In this document: positions 27,870 through 36,419 of the stretch, piece by piece
Layout: every line of letters starts with the position of its first letter
Position numbering within the stretch: the stretch's first letter is position 1
Source of the DNA: an uncultured Gammaproteobacteria bacterium
GTDB taxonomy: Bacteria > Pseudomonadota > Gammaproteobacteria > Pseudomonadales > Porticoccaceae
DNA length: 64,000 bases
Direction: 5' to 3'
Assembly: GCA_913058345.1 (NCBI GenBank)
Contig: CAJXQR010000011.1
Span: 18,964-82,963 of the forward strand
The notes under the pieces: model-generated
The model's input: only the letters and a program-made list of their open reading frames with translations
The model's database searches: none
Told to the model about the DNA's origin: nothing
Translations under genes and position numbers: made by a program

Positions 27870-28217
27870 TTACGACCTGTATAGCCAAGTGTTGGCTTCC
27901 ATTAGGAGCAGGGCGGTGCCCGTGGCGATTTCCACTCTCAACAAGCGGGCGCGGGCCGAGGGTTCCCGCCGCAGTAAGCGGGGGCGTAGTCGCCACCAGC
28001 CGTAACCGATGGCGCCATAGAGGCCGAGTCGCCATACTAGAACGCCTCCAGCGTGGGATTTGAGCCAAAGATGCCAGGCCGTTTGGCTGCCGACGGCCTG
28101 AATGCCCGCCCAGGAGGCCAGGAAGGCTGTCGTGACCAGTAGCACCATCCAGAAACCTGCCCAGGCCAGTCGGCGGCAGTAACGGCGGATTGGCGATGAA
28201 TGTGGCGGCGAGGTCAT
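27870..28217 (-). CDS. small ICE membrane protein
   Basis: 115 aa, three hydrophobic segments; ATGA start/stop overlap with the upstream gene. Confidence 0.5.
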   Translation of the reverse strand: MTSPPHSSPIRRYCRRLAWAGFWMVLLVTTAFLASWAGIQAVGSQTAWHLWLKSHAGGVLVWRLGLYGAIGYGWWRLRPRLLRREPSARARLLRVEIATGTALLLMEANTWLYRS

Positions 28218-29611
28218 GGTGAGTTGTCCGGTTTCTCCGCCTCGCGCAGCCGGTCGCGGATGGTCTCACCGTCATAAATGCCACTGGAGTTGGCACCGCG
28301 CACGCGGTTGCGCTGGATGATGGCCAATGGGGAATTACCCGCCAGGGTGCGGCGCAGCTCCAGTTCGGTTTTGAGATTGTTGATGGCCTGCTCCAGAGTC
28401 GTAAGCTCCTTGTCCACCGCCGCGATGGCCAGTTCGTTTGAGGCAACATTGGGTTCTTTCATCCCCGCCAGTAGGGTGCGTTGCAACAGCAGGGCTTTTT
28501 CCAGGATGCTGGACAGCGCGATATCCGATGCCAGGCGGCGTCCCAGGATGTCCTGATCGGGCTCATCCCGCAGCGCCTCGATCACCGCCCGGGTAATGGG
28601 CAGGGAGCGGCTGCCGGCGGCTTCCAGGTTGTCGATGGTGGTGGATGAGCGCCCCGTCACCAGATCCTGCAGAGAGAGCAGTTTCTCGTCGTATTCCTCC
28701 TGGATCAGTGGCGTCAGGCCGACACCGGGGGTGGTGCGCGTCTTGGTGCAGCTGTCGCAGGTGCGCTGCTCCCGTTCACCCAGTACGCGGACGGCCCAGT
28801 CGGCGGCTGCCTCGGGAGACGGCCAGGCCCTGCAGCCCAACTGGTCGGCGCAGGTCGTGGGATCAATGTTGGAGGTGTCGTCAACCGCCCGGCTGTTCAA
28901 CAGGTTGTAACCGGCGCGGGTGACATCGCCGATCATGCGGATCGGTGCCTGGCTATTGCCCCCCGCATTGTCGCCGCCCACCCAAGGGACGCCGCCGTTG
29001 CCGCGGTTGGCTTCCGCTTCTTCAATGGCGGCGACCGCATCGTTGTCGGCGACGGCCTCTTTCAGGGCCATACCTTCGGCCAGTTGATCCCATCCCAGTT
29101 GGCCGCCCGCTGTGTCAGCCATGCGGTTGGCAATAGCCCGGCAGGTCATTTTTGAGCGGTCAAAATCCAGCCGCGCCTGCAAGATACCGTTGGTCAATAG
29201 GTTGTAGAGACCCGGGTCGGCGCGCTGAATGATCAGGGCGGGTAGTGAGGCCACCGCGGCTGTCGCATTCTGAATCACATTGCTCATGATGCTCTGAAAG
29301 CCGTTGGTGATGCCGTTAAGTTGGTTGTGAAGGGTGGTGGTGATGCTCATGTCCCCACAGATCAGATTGCTGTTCCAGCCCACGCCGACACCGAGGCTTT
29401 GCATATTGCCGGCGCTGCCCATGGAAACCGCCCGGCCGCCGCCAATGGTGTAGAGCACATCGTCGCCAATCACACTGCCGGTGACGCTGACCCCATCGCC
29501 GTCAATCGTGGTTTGCGCCGACGTGATATGACAGCTGCTGAGCAATAATGCCAGGGCGAGGCATTGGATAATGCGAGTGCGAGTGATGAGGTGGCTATGG
29601 CTCAGGTGCAT
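28214..29611 (-). CDS. TIGR03755-like (TraH-like) ICE mating-pair-formation protein
   Basis: Start taken at MHLSHSHLITRTRIIQCLALALLLSSC.. (signal peptide), 10 nt after the upstream stop; about 465 aa; order and size match the family as recalled. Confidence 0.6.
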   Translation of the reverse strand: MHLSHSHLITRTRIIQCLALALLLSSCHITSAQTTIDGDGVSVTGSVIGDDVLYTIGGGRAVSMGSAGNMQSLGVGVGWNSNLICGDMSITTTLHNQLNGITNGFQSIMSNVIQNATAAVASLPALIIQRADPGLYNLLTNGILQARLDFDRSKMTCRAIANRMADTAGGQLGWDQLAEGMALKEAVADNDAVAAIEEAEANRGNGGVPWVGGDNAGGNSQAPIRMIGDVTRAGYNLLNSRAVDDTSNIDPTTCADQLGCRAWPSPEAAADWAVRVLGEREQRTCDSCTKTRTTPGVGLTPLIQEEYDEKLLSLQDLVTGRSSTTIDNLEAAGSRSLPITRAVIEALRDEPDQDILGRRLASDIALSSILEKALLLQRTLLAGMKEPNVASNELAIAAVDKELTTLEQAINNLKTELELRRTLAGNSPLAIIQRNRVRGANSSGIYDGETIRDRLREAEKPDNSP

Positions 29612-29621
29612 ATCTGTCGCC

Positions 29622-30563
29622 TCACTGCACATCGATGCTGCCGAGAAACACCTGGCCTTGCCGTTCGCAGCACTGGTAGGGGCGCCACAGTGCCCAGGCA
29701 TAGTCTCCTCGGGTGGCCTGAGTATGGTTCCCGCTGTTGGGAAAGACGGCACAGCTTCTGGACAGGGTGGGGGTCAGTTCCTGCCATTTGCCGGTGGCGG
29801 CATCGCTTTCCATCAGGGCACCGGCAGGCCAATACCCCGCGGATTGTCTGGCCAGCAGGGGCTGGTAGACGTGGACCTGGCCGCGGCGGGTTACGATGTC
29901 GCCCGCCCGCTGGGCCACCACCGCCCCTGCCTTGTGATCGTCCACGTGATGCAGGAAACCGCCGCGGGGGTAGACATTGCCCCAGAGGTTGAGGGTGCTG
30001 CGCGCGCCGATTTCACGCCTGCCCAGTATCAGGGCTTCCGGGTAGAACGCTTCGGGAAGGTTGTAGCGCCAGGCGAGGGTGTCCAGGGTGCTGAGCAGGT
30101 AGGGCATAAAGGCCGTGCCCGCCCCTTCGCAGCTATAGCCCCACTGGCCGGCGAACTGGCTGAAGATATAGCCGCCGGGATGGCCGATGACATCCGCATT
30201 CTTGAACTTGGCCAGGTTGTTCTCATGGGATTCGTTGGTCGTGCCGTCACCGCCGGCCTGTGCCGTTTCGTTGGACGGGCTCATGGCGGCGACCTCCGCC
30301 CAGGGGTTTTCGCCGGTATTGGAATAACTGGAGACCACCGCGTCGGGCACATAGTGACTGACCTTAATGGAGGTTTCGACGGAGCAACTGTAGGGCGTGC
30401 AAAACAACCAATAGCAGATACCGACAACGCGGTATTCGAGGCAGTCCGGTGACACCGTGGACGAGACAATGTCGGCGGTGGTGAGTGCCGAGGAGGGCAG
30501 GGCGTGGCATAGCAGGATGATGGCAGCTTTGCGGCGAAGTCGATGACGGAGAGGGCGTCTCAT
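29622..30563 (-). CDS. TIGR03756-like (TraU-like) ICE protein
   Basis: 313 aa, signal peptide, Cys-rich GICYWLFCTPYSC block typical of TraU-like proteins. Confidence 0.65.
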   Translation of the reverse strand: MRRPLRHRLRRKAAIILLCHALPSSALTTADIVSSTVSPDCLEYRVVGICYWLFCTPYSCSVETSIKVSHYVPDAVVSSYSNTGENPWAEVAAMSPSNETAQAGGDGTTNESHENNLAKFKNADVIGHPGGYIFSQFAGQWGYSCEGAGTAFMPYLLSTLDTLAWRYNLPEAFYPEALILGRREIGARSTLNLWGNVYPRGGFLHHVDDHKAGAVVAQRAGDIVTRRGQVHVYQPLLARQSAGYWPAGALMESDAATGKWQELTPTLSRSCAVFPNSGNHTQATRGDYAWALWRPYQCCERQGQVFLGSIDVQ

Positions 30564-30970
30564 GGTTGCTGTCTCCGGTATGCCTCGATTCGGGACAGTG
30601 CGCGGCGGAGATTGTGCTCGCCGTAGACGACGTAGCGCTGGTCGACGACCACAGCCGGAATGCGATCAACCCCCAGCTGCCAGGCATCGATAACGTCCTG
30701 GTACGCTCGGCTCAAACGCAGGTGCAGCGCTTTCTTTCCCGCTGCCATGCGTTGCCGGACTGCCGCTGCTGCATTCTCCGGGTTGGTGGGTAAGCCGGCG
30801 GAAAAGGCCGCCTCAATACGCGCCGGGGCATCCAGTTCAATCAGCCGATCCGGCGTGCCGGCAACAGGATGGTGCTGGTCGGTGACTACCCAGACTTCGG
30901 TACGGGCGAGCGAGGCCCACAGACATAATCCGATGGTGACGGCGTAAAGCCACAGCGATCCTGTTCGCAT
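30560..30970 (-). CDS. TIGR03757-like small periplasmic ICE protein
   Basis: 136 aa with signal peptide; overlaps the downstream gene by 4 nt; position and size as in the ICE family. Confidence 0.55.
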   Translation of the reverse strand: MRTGSLWLYAVTIGLCLWASLARTEVWVVTDQHHPVAGTPDRLIELDAPARIEAAFSAGLPTNPENAAAAVRQRMAAGKKALHLRLSRAYQDVIDAWQLGVDRIPAVVVDQRYVVYGEHNLRRALSRIEAYRRQQP

Positions 30971-31305
30971 AAATACTCACCTAAACAAGGGGGCAGGCGA
31001 ATAGTAGGCCCCGGTTGAGCATGGAGGGGCGACAAAGAAAGGGAATTGCCGGATGCCGGATTGATTGCTCGTATAGGGCAATGGACCCATGTAGGTTTGA
31101 TTTCTATGGTATTTGTCCAATTAAATTGGACTTAATGCGGCCAAGGTAAACTTCCGTTATGAGGGTGACTGCGCTTTCCAGCAGGTCTCGCCTCGTGATT
31201 TGGCTTCCCGGTGTGCTGTTACCGTTGTCCTTGGGATGTGTGGCGTGTCGGGCGGGGCATGTATCGCTGGCTACCGTCGTCAAACTGTACCGAGACCTTG
31301 ATTTT

Positions 31306-31333
31306 GTGATAAAATCGCATGATGTATTATCAC
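31306..31333. promoter_or_regulatory. inverted repeat upstream of abiEi (possible autoregulatory operator)
   Basis: GTGATAA-N14-TTATCAC ends about 20 nt before the ATG at 31354, just upstream of the GAGG RBS. Confidence 0.35.
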
Positions 31334-31353
31334 TATTGAGGTAGTTGGCACCG

Positions 31354-32376
31354 ATGAGCTTGGCAGGGCAAGTAAAACTGCAGTTGCAGAGTGTGCCGGA
31401 GGGTGGCGTTATCACCAGCCGAGCACTCCACAAATTGTCGCCTGACAGTCAGCAGGTCGATAAGGCCGCCTCTCGTCTGTACAAAACAGCGGGGCTCCAG
31501 AAGCTTCGCAATGGTATTTATTACCGCCCCTATACCAGCACCTTCTTCGGCAAGCTTCCACCCGAAGAAGAGCGCATTGTTCGTTCAATCAAACAGCAAT
31601 ACCAAGCCAAGGTGGCCCCGTCTGGTGAGTTGGCTGCCTACAAGCTCGGTTTAACCGACAACTTGCCCGATAACATTAGTTACGAAACCAATAAGCGCAT
31701 CGGCCCCATCCAACTCGATAATCTCACACTTTATTTTCGCAAGGTGGAGGGTAAAAAGCTCGTTTCGGTCAATGGCGGCTTGTTGACGGTTTTGCGGGCG
31801 CTGGAGTTTCTCTACAAGGAAGAAGGGCGTTTAACCGTACTGCAGGAGCAGCGTATACGTCGACTACTCAGTCGTTTTTCCCGCGGGCAACTCGACAAAG
31901 CCATTGCCTTGTGGCCCGTATGGTTCCAGGACAAAGTAAAGGCTTTCATGCAGGGAGTGGAGAAACCGTATATTACCGGGCTAAGTGCTCTGAACATTCC
32001 CCACAAGGGAAAACAGGCGGATTGGCATCAGATGGGCATGCTTCACAGAAATAAATTTCAAGTTGCCGGGAAGAATTACGACAGCGCACCCAACCTTCAG
32101 GATACAGAGCTGTTTGACTGCAGTACTTTCTTGCGGAAATTCAACGTCGATGTAGGCACCATCCTGTGTGCCACACCCCTGCGCGCGATGAAAGATATTT
32201 TGTTCGCCAGCATCATCCGCAAATCACAATACCCTGGTTTCTTTATGCTGGATCAGTTTATGTTCGATATAACTCCCAGCGAGATGAAGCAAGCGATTGA
32301 TGAACTGAGACCGTTGGCGGACGAAACACAGAAGCAGTTACTCGATACCTGGATGCATGACAATGAGCTTGAGTGA
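31354..32376 (+). CDS. AbiEi/DUF6088-like antitoxin with a C-terminal extension of about 150 aa
   Basis: The N-terminal about 190 aa match the AbiEi wHTH pattern (..GGVITSRAL..ASRLYKTAGLQKLRNGIYYRP.. ..PSGELAAYKLGLT..); the rest is unassigned; overlaps the toxin gene by 20 nt. Confidence 0.7.
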   Translation: MSLAGQVKLQLQSVPEGGVITSRALHKLSPDSQQVDKAASRLYKTAGLQKLRNGIYYRPYTSTFFGKLPPEEERIVRSIKQQYQAKVAPSGELAAYKLGLTDNLPDNISYETNKRIGPIQLDNLTLYFRKVEGKKLVSVNGGLLTVLRALEFLYKEEGRLTVLQEQRIRRLLSRFSRGQLDKAIALWPVWFQDKVKAFMQGVEKPYITGLSALNIPHKGKQADWHQMGMLHRNKFQVAGKNYDSAPNLQDTELFDCSTFLRKFNVDVGTILCATPLRAMKDILFASIIRKSQYPGFFMLDQFMFDITPSEMKQAIDELRPLADETQKQLLDTWMHDNELE

Positions 32377-33016
32377 CGAACAGCAACGCGAACACATAGA
32401 GGTCATGTCGGCGCTGTGCCATGGTTTTCACAAGAAAGGGCTGCCGATGATCCTGAAAGGTGGGACAGCCCTGAAGCTGTGTTATGACCTCGATCGCTTT
32501 AGCGAGGATCTGGATTTCGATTGTGCCAAAGCCCTGAATCTGGACAGTTCGATCAAGGAGGTTTTTACGCAGCTCGGCAAGGGCAAAGCCCACTTGAGAA
32601 ACCCAACGATTGATATCACCAAGGACACAAAAACGGTTCGCCGCTACCGCATAACATATGGGGATGGCATGAATCTAAAGTTGGAAACCTCATTGCGCGG
32701 TACGCCCAATGACAACGACCTTGTCGAGATAAACGGTATCCTCACCTACAGGATTGGGAAACTGATCCAACAAAAACTCAGCGCACTCACCGGACGAACC
32801 GCCGCCCGAGACTTGCATGATGTCATTTATCTCTACGAACATTTCCCGGATGATTTTGACGATGAGGCCTTGGCGGAAATCACTGCCTTGTACGACAACC
32901 AGTCATCGATTCTCGAAGAATACACCCCGGCCTATAGTGAAGATACCATCCTGTCGATCTCTGACCTGTTGCAGGATATGAGTCGGTTCATTGATCTTTA
33001 CGAGCAGCGTCATTGA
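32357..33016 (+). CDS. AbiEii/AbiGii (DUF1814) nucleotidyltransferase toxin
   Basis: LKGGTALKLCYDLDRFSEDLDFD is the hallmark NTase motif; 219 aa. Confidence 0.85.
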   Translation: MTMSLSDEQQREHIEVMSALCHGFHKKGLPMILKGGTALKLCYDLDRFSEDLDFDCAKALNLDSSIKEVFTQLGKGKAHLRNPTIDITKDTKTVRRYRITYGDGMNLKLETSLRGTPNDNDLVEINGILTYRIGKLIQQKLSALTGRTAARDLHDVIYLYEHFPDDFDDEALAEITALYDNQSSILEEYTPAYSEDTILSISDLLQDMSRFIDLYEQRH

Positions 33017-33107
33017 TACCCGGGAGTCGATCCATTCGATACGATCTGCGCAAGGATCCAATAACATGGGTAGAAGGGGACATGCTGTCAATTAATGGGA
33101 AAAAGGG

Positions 33108-33725
33108 ATGACTGCATACGATCTGCTCGGGCTTTTCCTTGTCATGAGCGCATTGGCCGCGATACCCAGTGCCAGTGTGGCGCTGGTGGTTGTGCGTTCG
33201 GCGACGGTGAATGTGCGTAACGGTATCGCTACCGCAGTGGGGGTTGTGGCGGGGGACCTGATCTTTATTACCATGGCCATGATGGGGCTGGTGGCGCTGT
33301 CTGAAATCATGGGTGCCTTCTTCGCCATGATCCGCTACCTGGCTGCCGGTTATCTGGTCTGGGTTGGTTGGCAGTTGATCCGGCACGCGGCGGACACCAG
33401 GGTTGTGAATGCGGGTCAGGTCACAGGCGGTATGGCGACCAGTTTTCTATCCGGACTGGCGCTGACCCTGGGCGATATCAAGGCTATCCTGTTCTATGCA
33501 AGCTTGTTTCCCGCCTTTGTCGATATCGCGTCCCTGACAATGTCCGATGTCGTACTTATTATGCTGGTGACGGTCATTGCCGTCGGCGGTGTCAAGGTTG
33601 CCTATGCACTGGCGGCCAATCGGATTGCCTGTCTATCGAAAGACGTTGTATTTCGGCAGGAGGCCAGAGTCGCCGCCGGTGGCCTGCTGGTGGGGGCGGG
33701 CGGTTATCTCATTGTGAAGGCCTGA
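33108..33725 (+). CDS. LysE/RhtB-family amino-acid exporter
   Basis: 205 aa, 6 TM segments, typical N-terminal ..AIPSASVALVV.. motif. Confidence 0.85.
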   Translation: MTAYDLLGLFLVMSALAAIPSASVALVVVRSATVNVRNGIATAVGVVAGDLIFITMAMMGLVALSEIMGAFFAMIRYLAAGYLVWVGWQLIRHAADTRVVNAGQVTGGMATSFLSGLALTLGDIKAILFYASLFPAFVDIASLTMSDVVLIMLVTVIAVGGVKVAYALAANRIACLSKDVVFRQEARVAAGGLLVGAGGYLIVKA

Positions 33726-34056
33726 AGGTATTGTGCGGGCTGGACAGTTGAAGCCTCTTTCGGTCGGTTGTACGTCGTGATTATTTCAGGGGTTCTGGTT
33801 ATTTGGCTCAATTCTTATTGGCCGGACTTATTAATAGTCGCCAGTGTTGTGGCTGTGGTTTTTCTGCACACTGCATATGAAGTGCTTCGAAGCGCAGGTC
33901 AATCCTGACGGGGTGGGCCTCAAGTCAATATTTGCAGTTCTGGCGCTTAATGGAAGTATCCGTTGATTGATCTATGTCAATCATCAAGGGCGTTATGTTT
34001 GAACTTTCGAGAGAATAAGGTATCTTTCCTAAGGTTAATATAACCATTTGCAGATT

Positions 34057-34437
34057 ATGTGGCTTAGCAGATTCAGATTTTACATGGCGATCTTCGCGTT
34101 ACTGGCTTTTACCAGCCAGTCGTTCGCTGTTGCGAAATTGCCCTGCCACAAGATGAGTCACGAACCTGATGTTCCAGTAATGACGGGGGCAATGGATCAT
34201 GGAAGCCATACCAAGGCAAACAATATCCAGATCAATAATGCCCTTACGGCTGATGCCGCTGATTGTTGCAGCCAGGATCACTGCTCTCAGTTGGATTGCA
34301 TCTCTGCAAGCGTTGCGGTGGTGAGTACACTGTCGCCGTTTTCCGTTCAGTTTTCTCAAACCCTCAATACAGCGTATTCGGTTTCCTTCCTCTCCCAGGC
34401 AGCTTCCTCGCTGTTTCGCCCCCCCATTTCCCGCTGA
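34057..34437 (+). CDS. secreted Cys/His-containing hypothetical protein at the head of the copper island
   Basis: Signal peptide, CHKMSHE, DCCSQDHCSQLDC, C-terminal LFRPPI; family uncertain (DUF2946/CzcI-like guess). Confidence 0.4.
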   Translation: MWLSRFRFYMAIFALLAFTSQSFAVAKLPCHKMSHEPDVPVMTGAMDHGSHTKANNIQINNALTADAADCCSQDHCSQLDCISASVAVVSTLSPFSVQFSQTLNTAYSVSFLSQAASSLFRPPISR

Positions 34438-34569
34438 AGTAGGGTTGGTACGCCTGAAATTCAGGCGTCTGACGACTCGATAAGCGGGAGATCAAAACTC
34501 CCATAACGTATGTTTAAAACGCGCCATCGCTACGAGCGCGTTCACTGCAACTCTTGATTGGGAGTCATC

Positions 34570-35070
34570 ATGAAGCCGTTACATACCTATCTGCGCTTTC
34601 CGGCGCTGATCGTATTCCTGTTATTTCTTGCCGCTTGTTCAGAAAGCGAAAATCACGCAACTAAAAGCGCAACGATTGCCACGTTGGATGTTTATAAAAG
34701 CCGCACCTGTCAATGCTGCCAGCAATGGGTTCACCATATGGAAGATGTTGGTTTTGACACAGAAACCCACCACCCGTCGGACTTGAATCGCATAAAAAAT
34801 GACTATGGCATAGCACCTGAGTTCCAGTCCTGCCATACGGCAGTGACGAGTAACGGTTATGTGTTCGAAGGCCATATCCCTGCGCGCTTTGTTCAGCAGT
34901 TTCTGGAAAACCCTCCCGATGACGCCATCGGCCTTAGTGTGCCTGGCATGCCGGCAGGCAGCCCGGGTATGGAGATGGGTGACAGGTTTACGCCTTACAA
35001 GGTATGGCTGCTTAAAAAAGACGGTTCGGCTGACGTGTTTGCATCTGTGAATAGTCGCGATCAGCAATAG
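34570..35070 (+). CDS. DUF411 (CopG-type) periplasmic metal-binding protein
   Basis: CQCCQQW..GF, SCHTAV..GYVFEGHIPA, GLSVPGMPAGSPGME motifs. Confidence 0.85.
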   Translation: MKPLHTYLRFPALIVFLLFLAACSESENHATKSATIATLDVYKSRTCQCCQQWVHHMEDVGFDTETHHPSDLNRIKNDYGIAPEFQSCHTAVTSNGYVFEGHIPARFVQQFLENPPDDAIGLSVPGMPAGSPGMEMGDRFTPYKVWLLKKDGSADVFASVNSRDQQ

Positions 35071-35081
35071 GACATATAACG

Positions 35082-36419
35082 ATGAACATTCAATGGGTAT
35101 TTTTATTGTTTTTGCTGGTGGGGCTTCCTGTATTTGCGCAGAGCCCGGCTAATACGTTGAGTCTGGATGAGGCCATCGCCCATGCCATTGCCACGGATCC
35201 CTGGCTGAACGGTAGCCGGCATCGCGAAGACGCTTTGACCAGCGAATCAATTTCAGCATCGACGCTGCCAGACCCCAAGGTCAGCCTGATGGCGGCTAAC
35301 TTTCCTACCGATAGCTTCGATATCAACCAGGAGCCTATGACGCAGCTCACTGTAGGTGTTAGTCAGATGTTTCCTCGCGGCGATAGTCTGGCGCTGTCCA
35401 GCCGTCAGAAACAGGAGTTGGCGGAACAGGAGCCATTGCTCAGGCAGAATCGTCAGGCCAGGGTAGCGGCTACTGTCTCGCAGCTGTGGCTGGAAGCATT
35501 CAGGGCCCAGGAGAGCATTCGATTGATTGAGCGGGATCGCTCGTTGTTTGAACATTTGGTAGATGCAACCAAAGCGAGCTATTCGTCGGCACTGGGACGT
35601 GCCCGCCAGCAGGATATTATCCGGGCCCAATTGGAGCTTACTCGGTTGGACGATCGTTTGACGGTGCTGCGGCAACAGTCGGAGTCAGCCCAACAGCGTT
35701 TATCCGAGTGGGTCGGCGGTCGCGCCCGTCTGCCGTTAGCGCAGCTTGTGCCCAGTCAGTACGGTGATGAGCCGACGTCGGTGGGAGGTCAGCCGGATAG
35801 TGATCGTTGGCTCTATGAACAGGTCAATCGGCACCCACTCTTGCTGGCACTTGATCAGCGTATTGATGCAATGGAGACCGGGGTCGAATTAGCGCGCCAG
35901 AAATATAAACCTGAGTGGGGTCTTTCCGCCCAATACGGCTATAGGGACGATGATCCCATGGGTCGCGACCGCGCTGATTTGTTCTCTGTCGGTGTGACCT
36001 TTGACCTGCCGCTTTTCACCGGCAAGCGACAGGATAAAGACGTCAGTGCGGCCACTTCTCGGGCCGAGGCCTTGAAAACTGACAAGTTACTGATGGCGCG
36101 AAAGCTGATGGCGGACCTGGATACGGCCTTGGTCCAGCTACAGCGTCTGAATGATCGTCGCGCGCTCTACGCCGAGCAGTTATTGCCGCAAATGTCAGAG
36201 CAGGCCGAAGCTGCCCTGGCCGCCTACAACAACGACGACGGCGACTTTGCCGAAGCGGTGCGCGCTCGCATTGCTGAGTTAAATGCCAAGATCGACTTTT
36301 TAACGATCAGGATTGATCGGCTGAAGATGATTGCCGAGTTGAATTACCTCTTGTCCAAAAATGGTTCAGAACCGTTTCCCGCCACCAGCAGAGAACACGC
36401 TGAAGGATTAACCCCATGA
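35082..36419 (+). CDS. cusC: TolC/CusC-family outer-membrane efflux factor
   Basis: 445 aa, signal peptide, two OEP repeats; first gene of an overlapping CBA operon. Confidence 0.85.
   Translation: MNIQWVFLLFLLVGLPVFAQSPANTLSLDEAIAHAIATDPWLNGSRHREDALTSESISASTLPDPKVSLMAANFPTDSFDINQEPMTQLTVGVSQMFPRGDSLALSSRQKQELAEQEPLLRQNRQARVAATVSQLWLEAFRAQESIRLIERDRSLFEHLVDATKASYSSALGRARQQDIIRAQLELTRLDDRLTVLRQQSESAQQRLSEWVGGRARLPLAQLVPSQYGDEPTSVGGQPDSDRWLYEQVNRHPLLLALDQRIDAMETGVELARQKYKPEWGLSAQYGYRDDDPMGRDRADLFSVGVTFDLPLFTGKRQDKDVSAATSRAEALKTDKLLMARKLMADLDTALVQLQRLNDRRALYAEQLLPQMSEQAEAALAAYNNDDGDFAEAVRARIAELNAKIDFLTIRIDRLKMIAELNYLLSKNGSEPFPATSREHAEGLTP

Larger units (their letters stand above)
19590..30970. 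mobile_element. distal segment of a PFGI-1/ICEclc-type integrative conjugative element (cargo, relaxase, partial mating-pair-formation genes)
   Basis: GC-rich block starting next to the tRNA 3' fragment; MOBH relaxase, TraG-N and TIGR03755/56/57-like genes in the order recalled for this ICE family; no integrase, coupling protein or VirB4-type ATPase in the window. Confidence 0.6.

Noticed and set aside
23002-30452. Many long ORFs in the GC-rich block, antisense to or overlapping supported genes. Examples: 29571..30452 (293 aa), 27305..28063 (252 aa), 27850..28449 (199 aa), 23910..24517, 26561..27016.
   Set aside because: They overlap better-supported ICE genes. They are Arg/Pro/Gly/Ala-rich as expected for off-frame reading of high-GC DNA, and they show no family motifs or RBS.
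33777-33917. A 46-aa GTG-initiated two-TM mini-ORF between lysE and the copper island.
   Set aside because: It is below any confident calling threshold and has no supporting RBS or family signal.
33966-33979. An FNR/CRP-like box TTGATctatGTCAA upstream of the first copper-island gene.
   Set aside because: It is a single site with one half-site mismatch. Its position relative to any promoter is unknown, and no similar boxes were found upstream of the other clusters.
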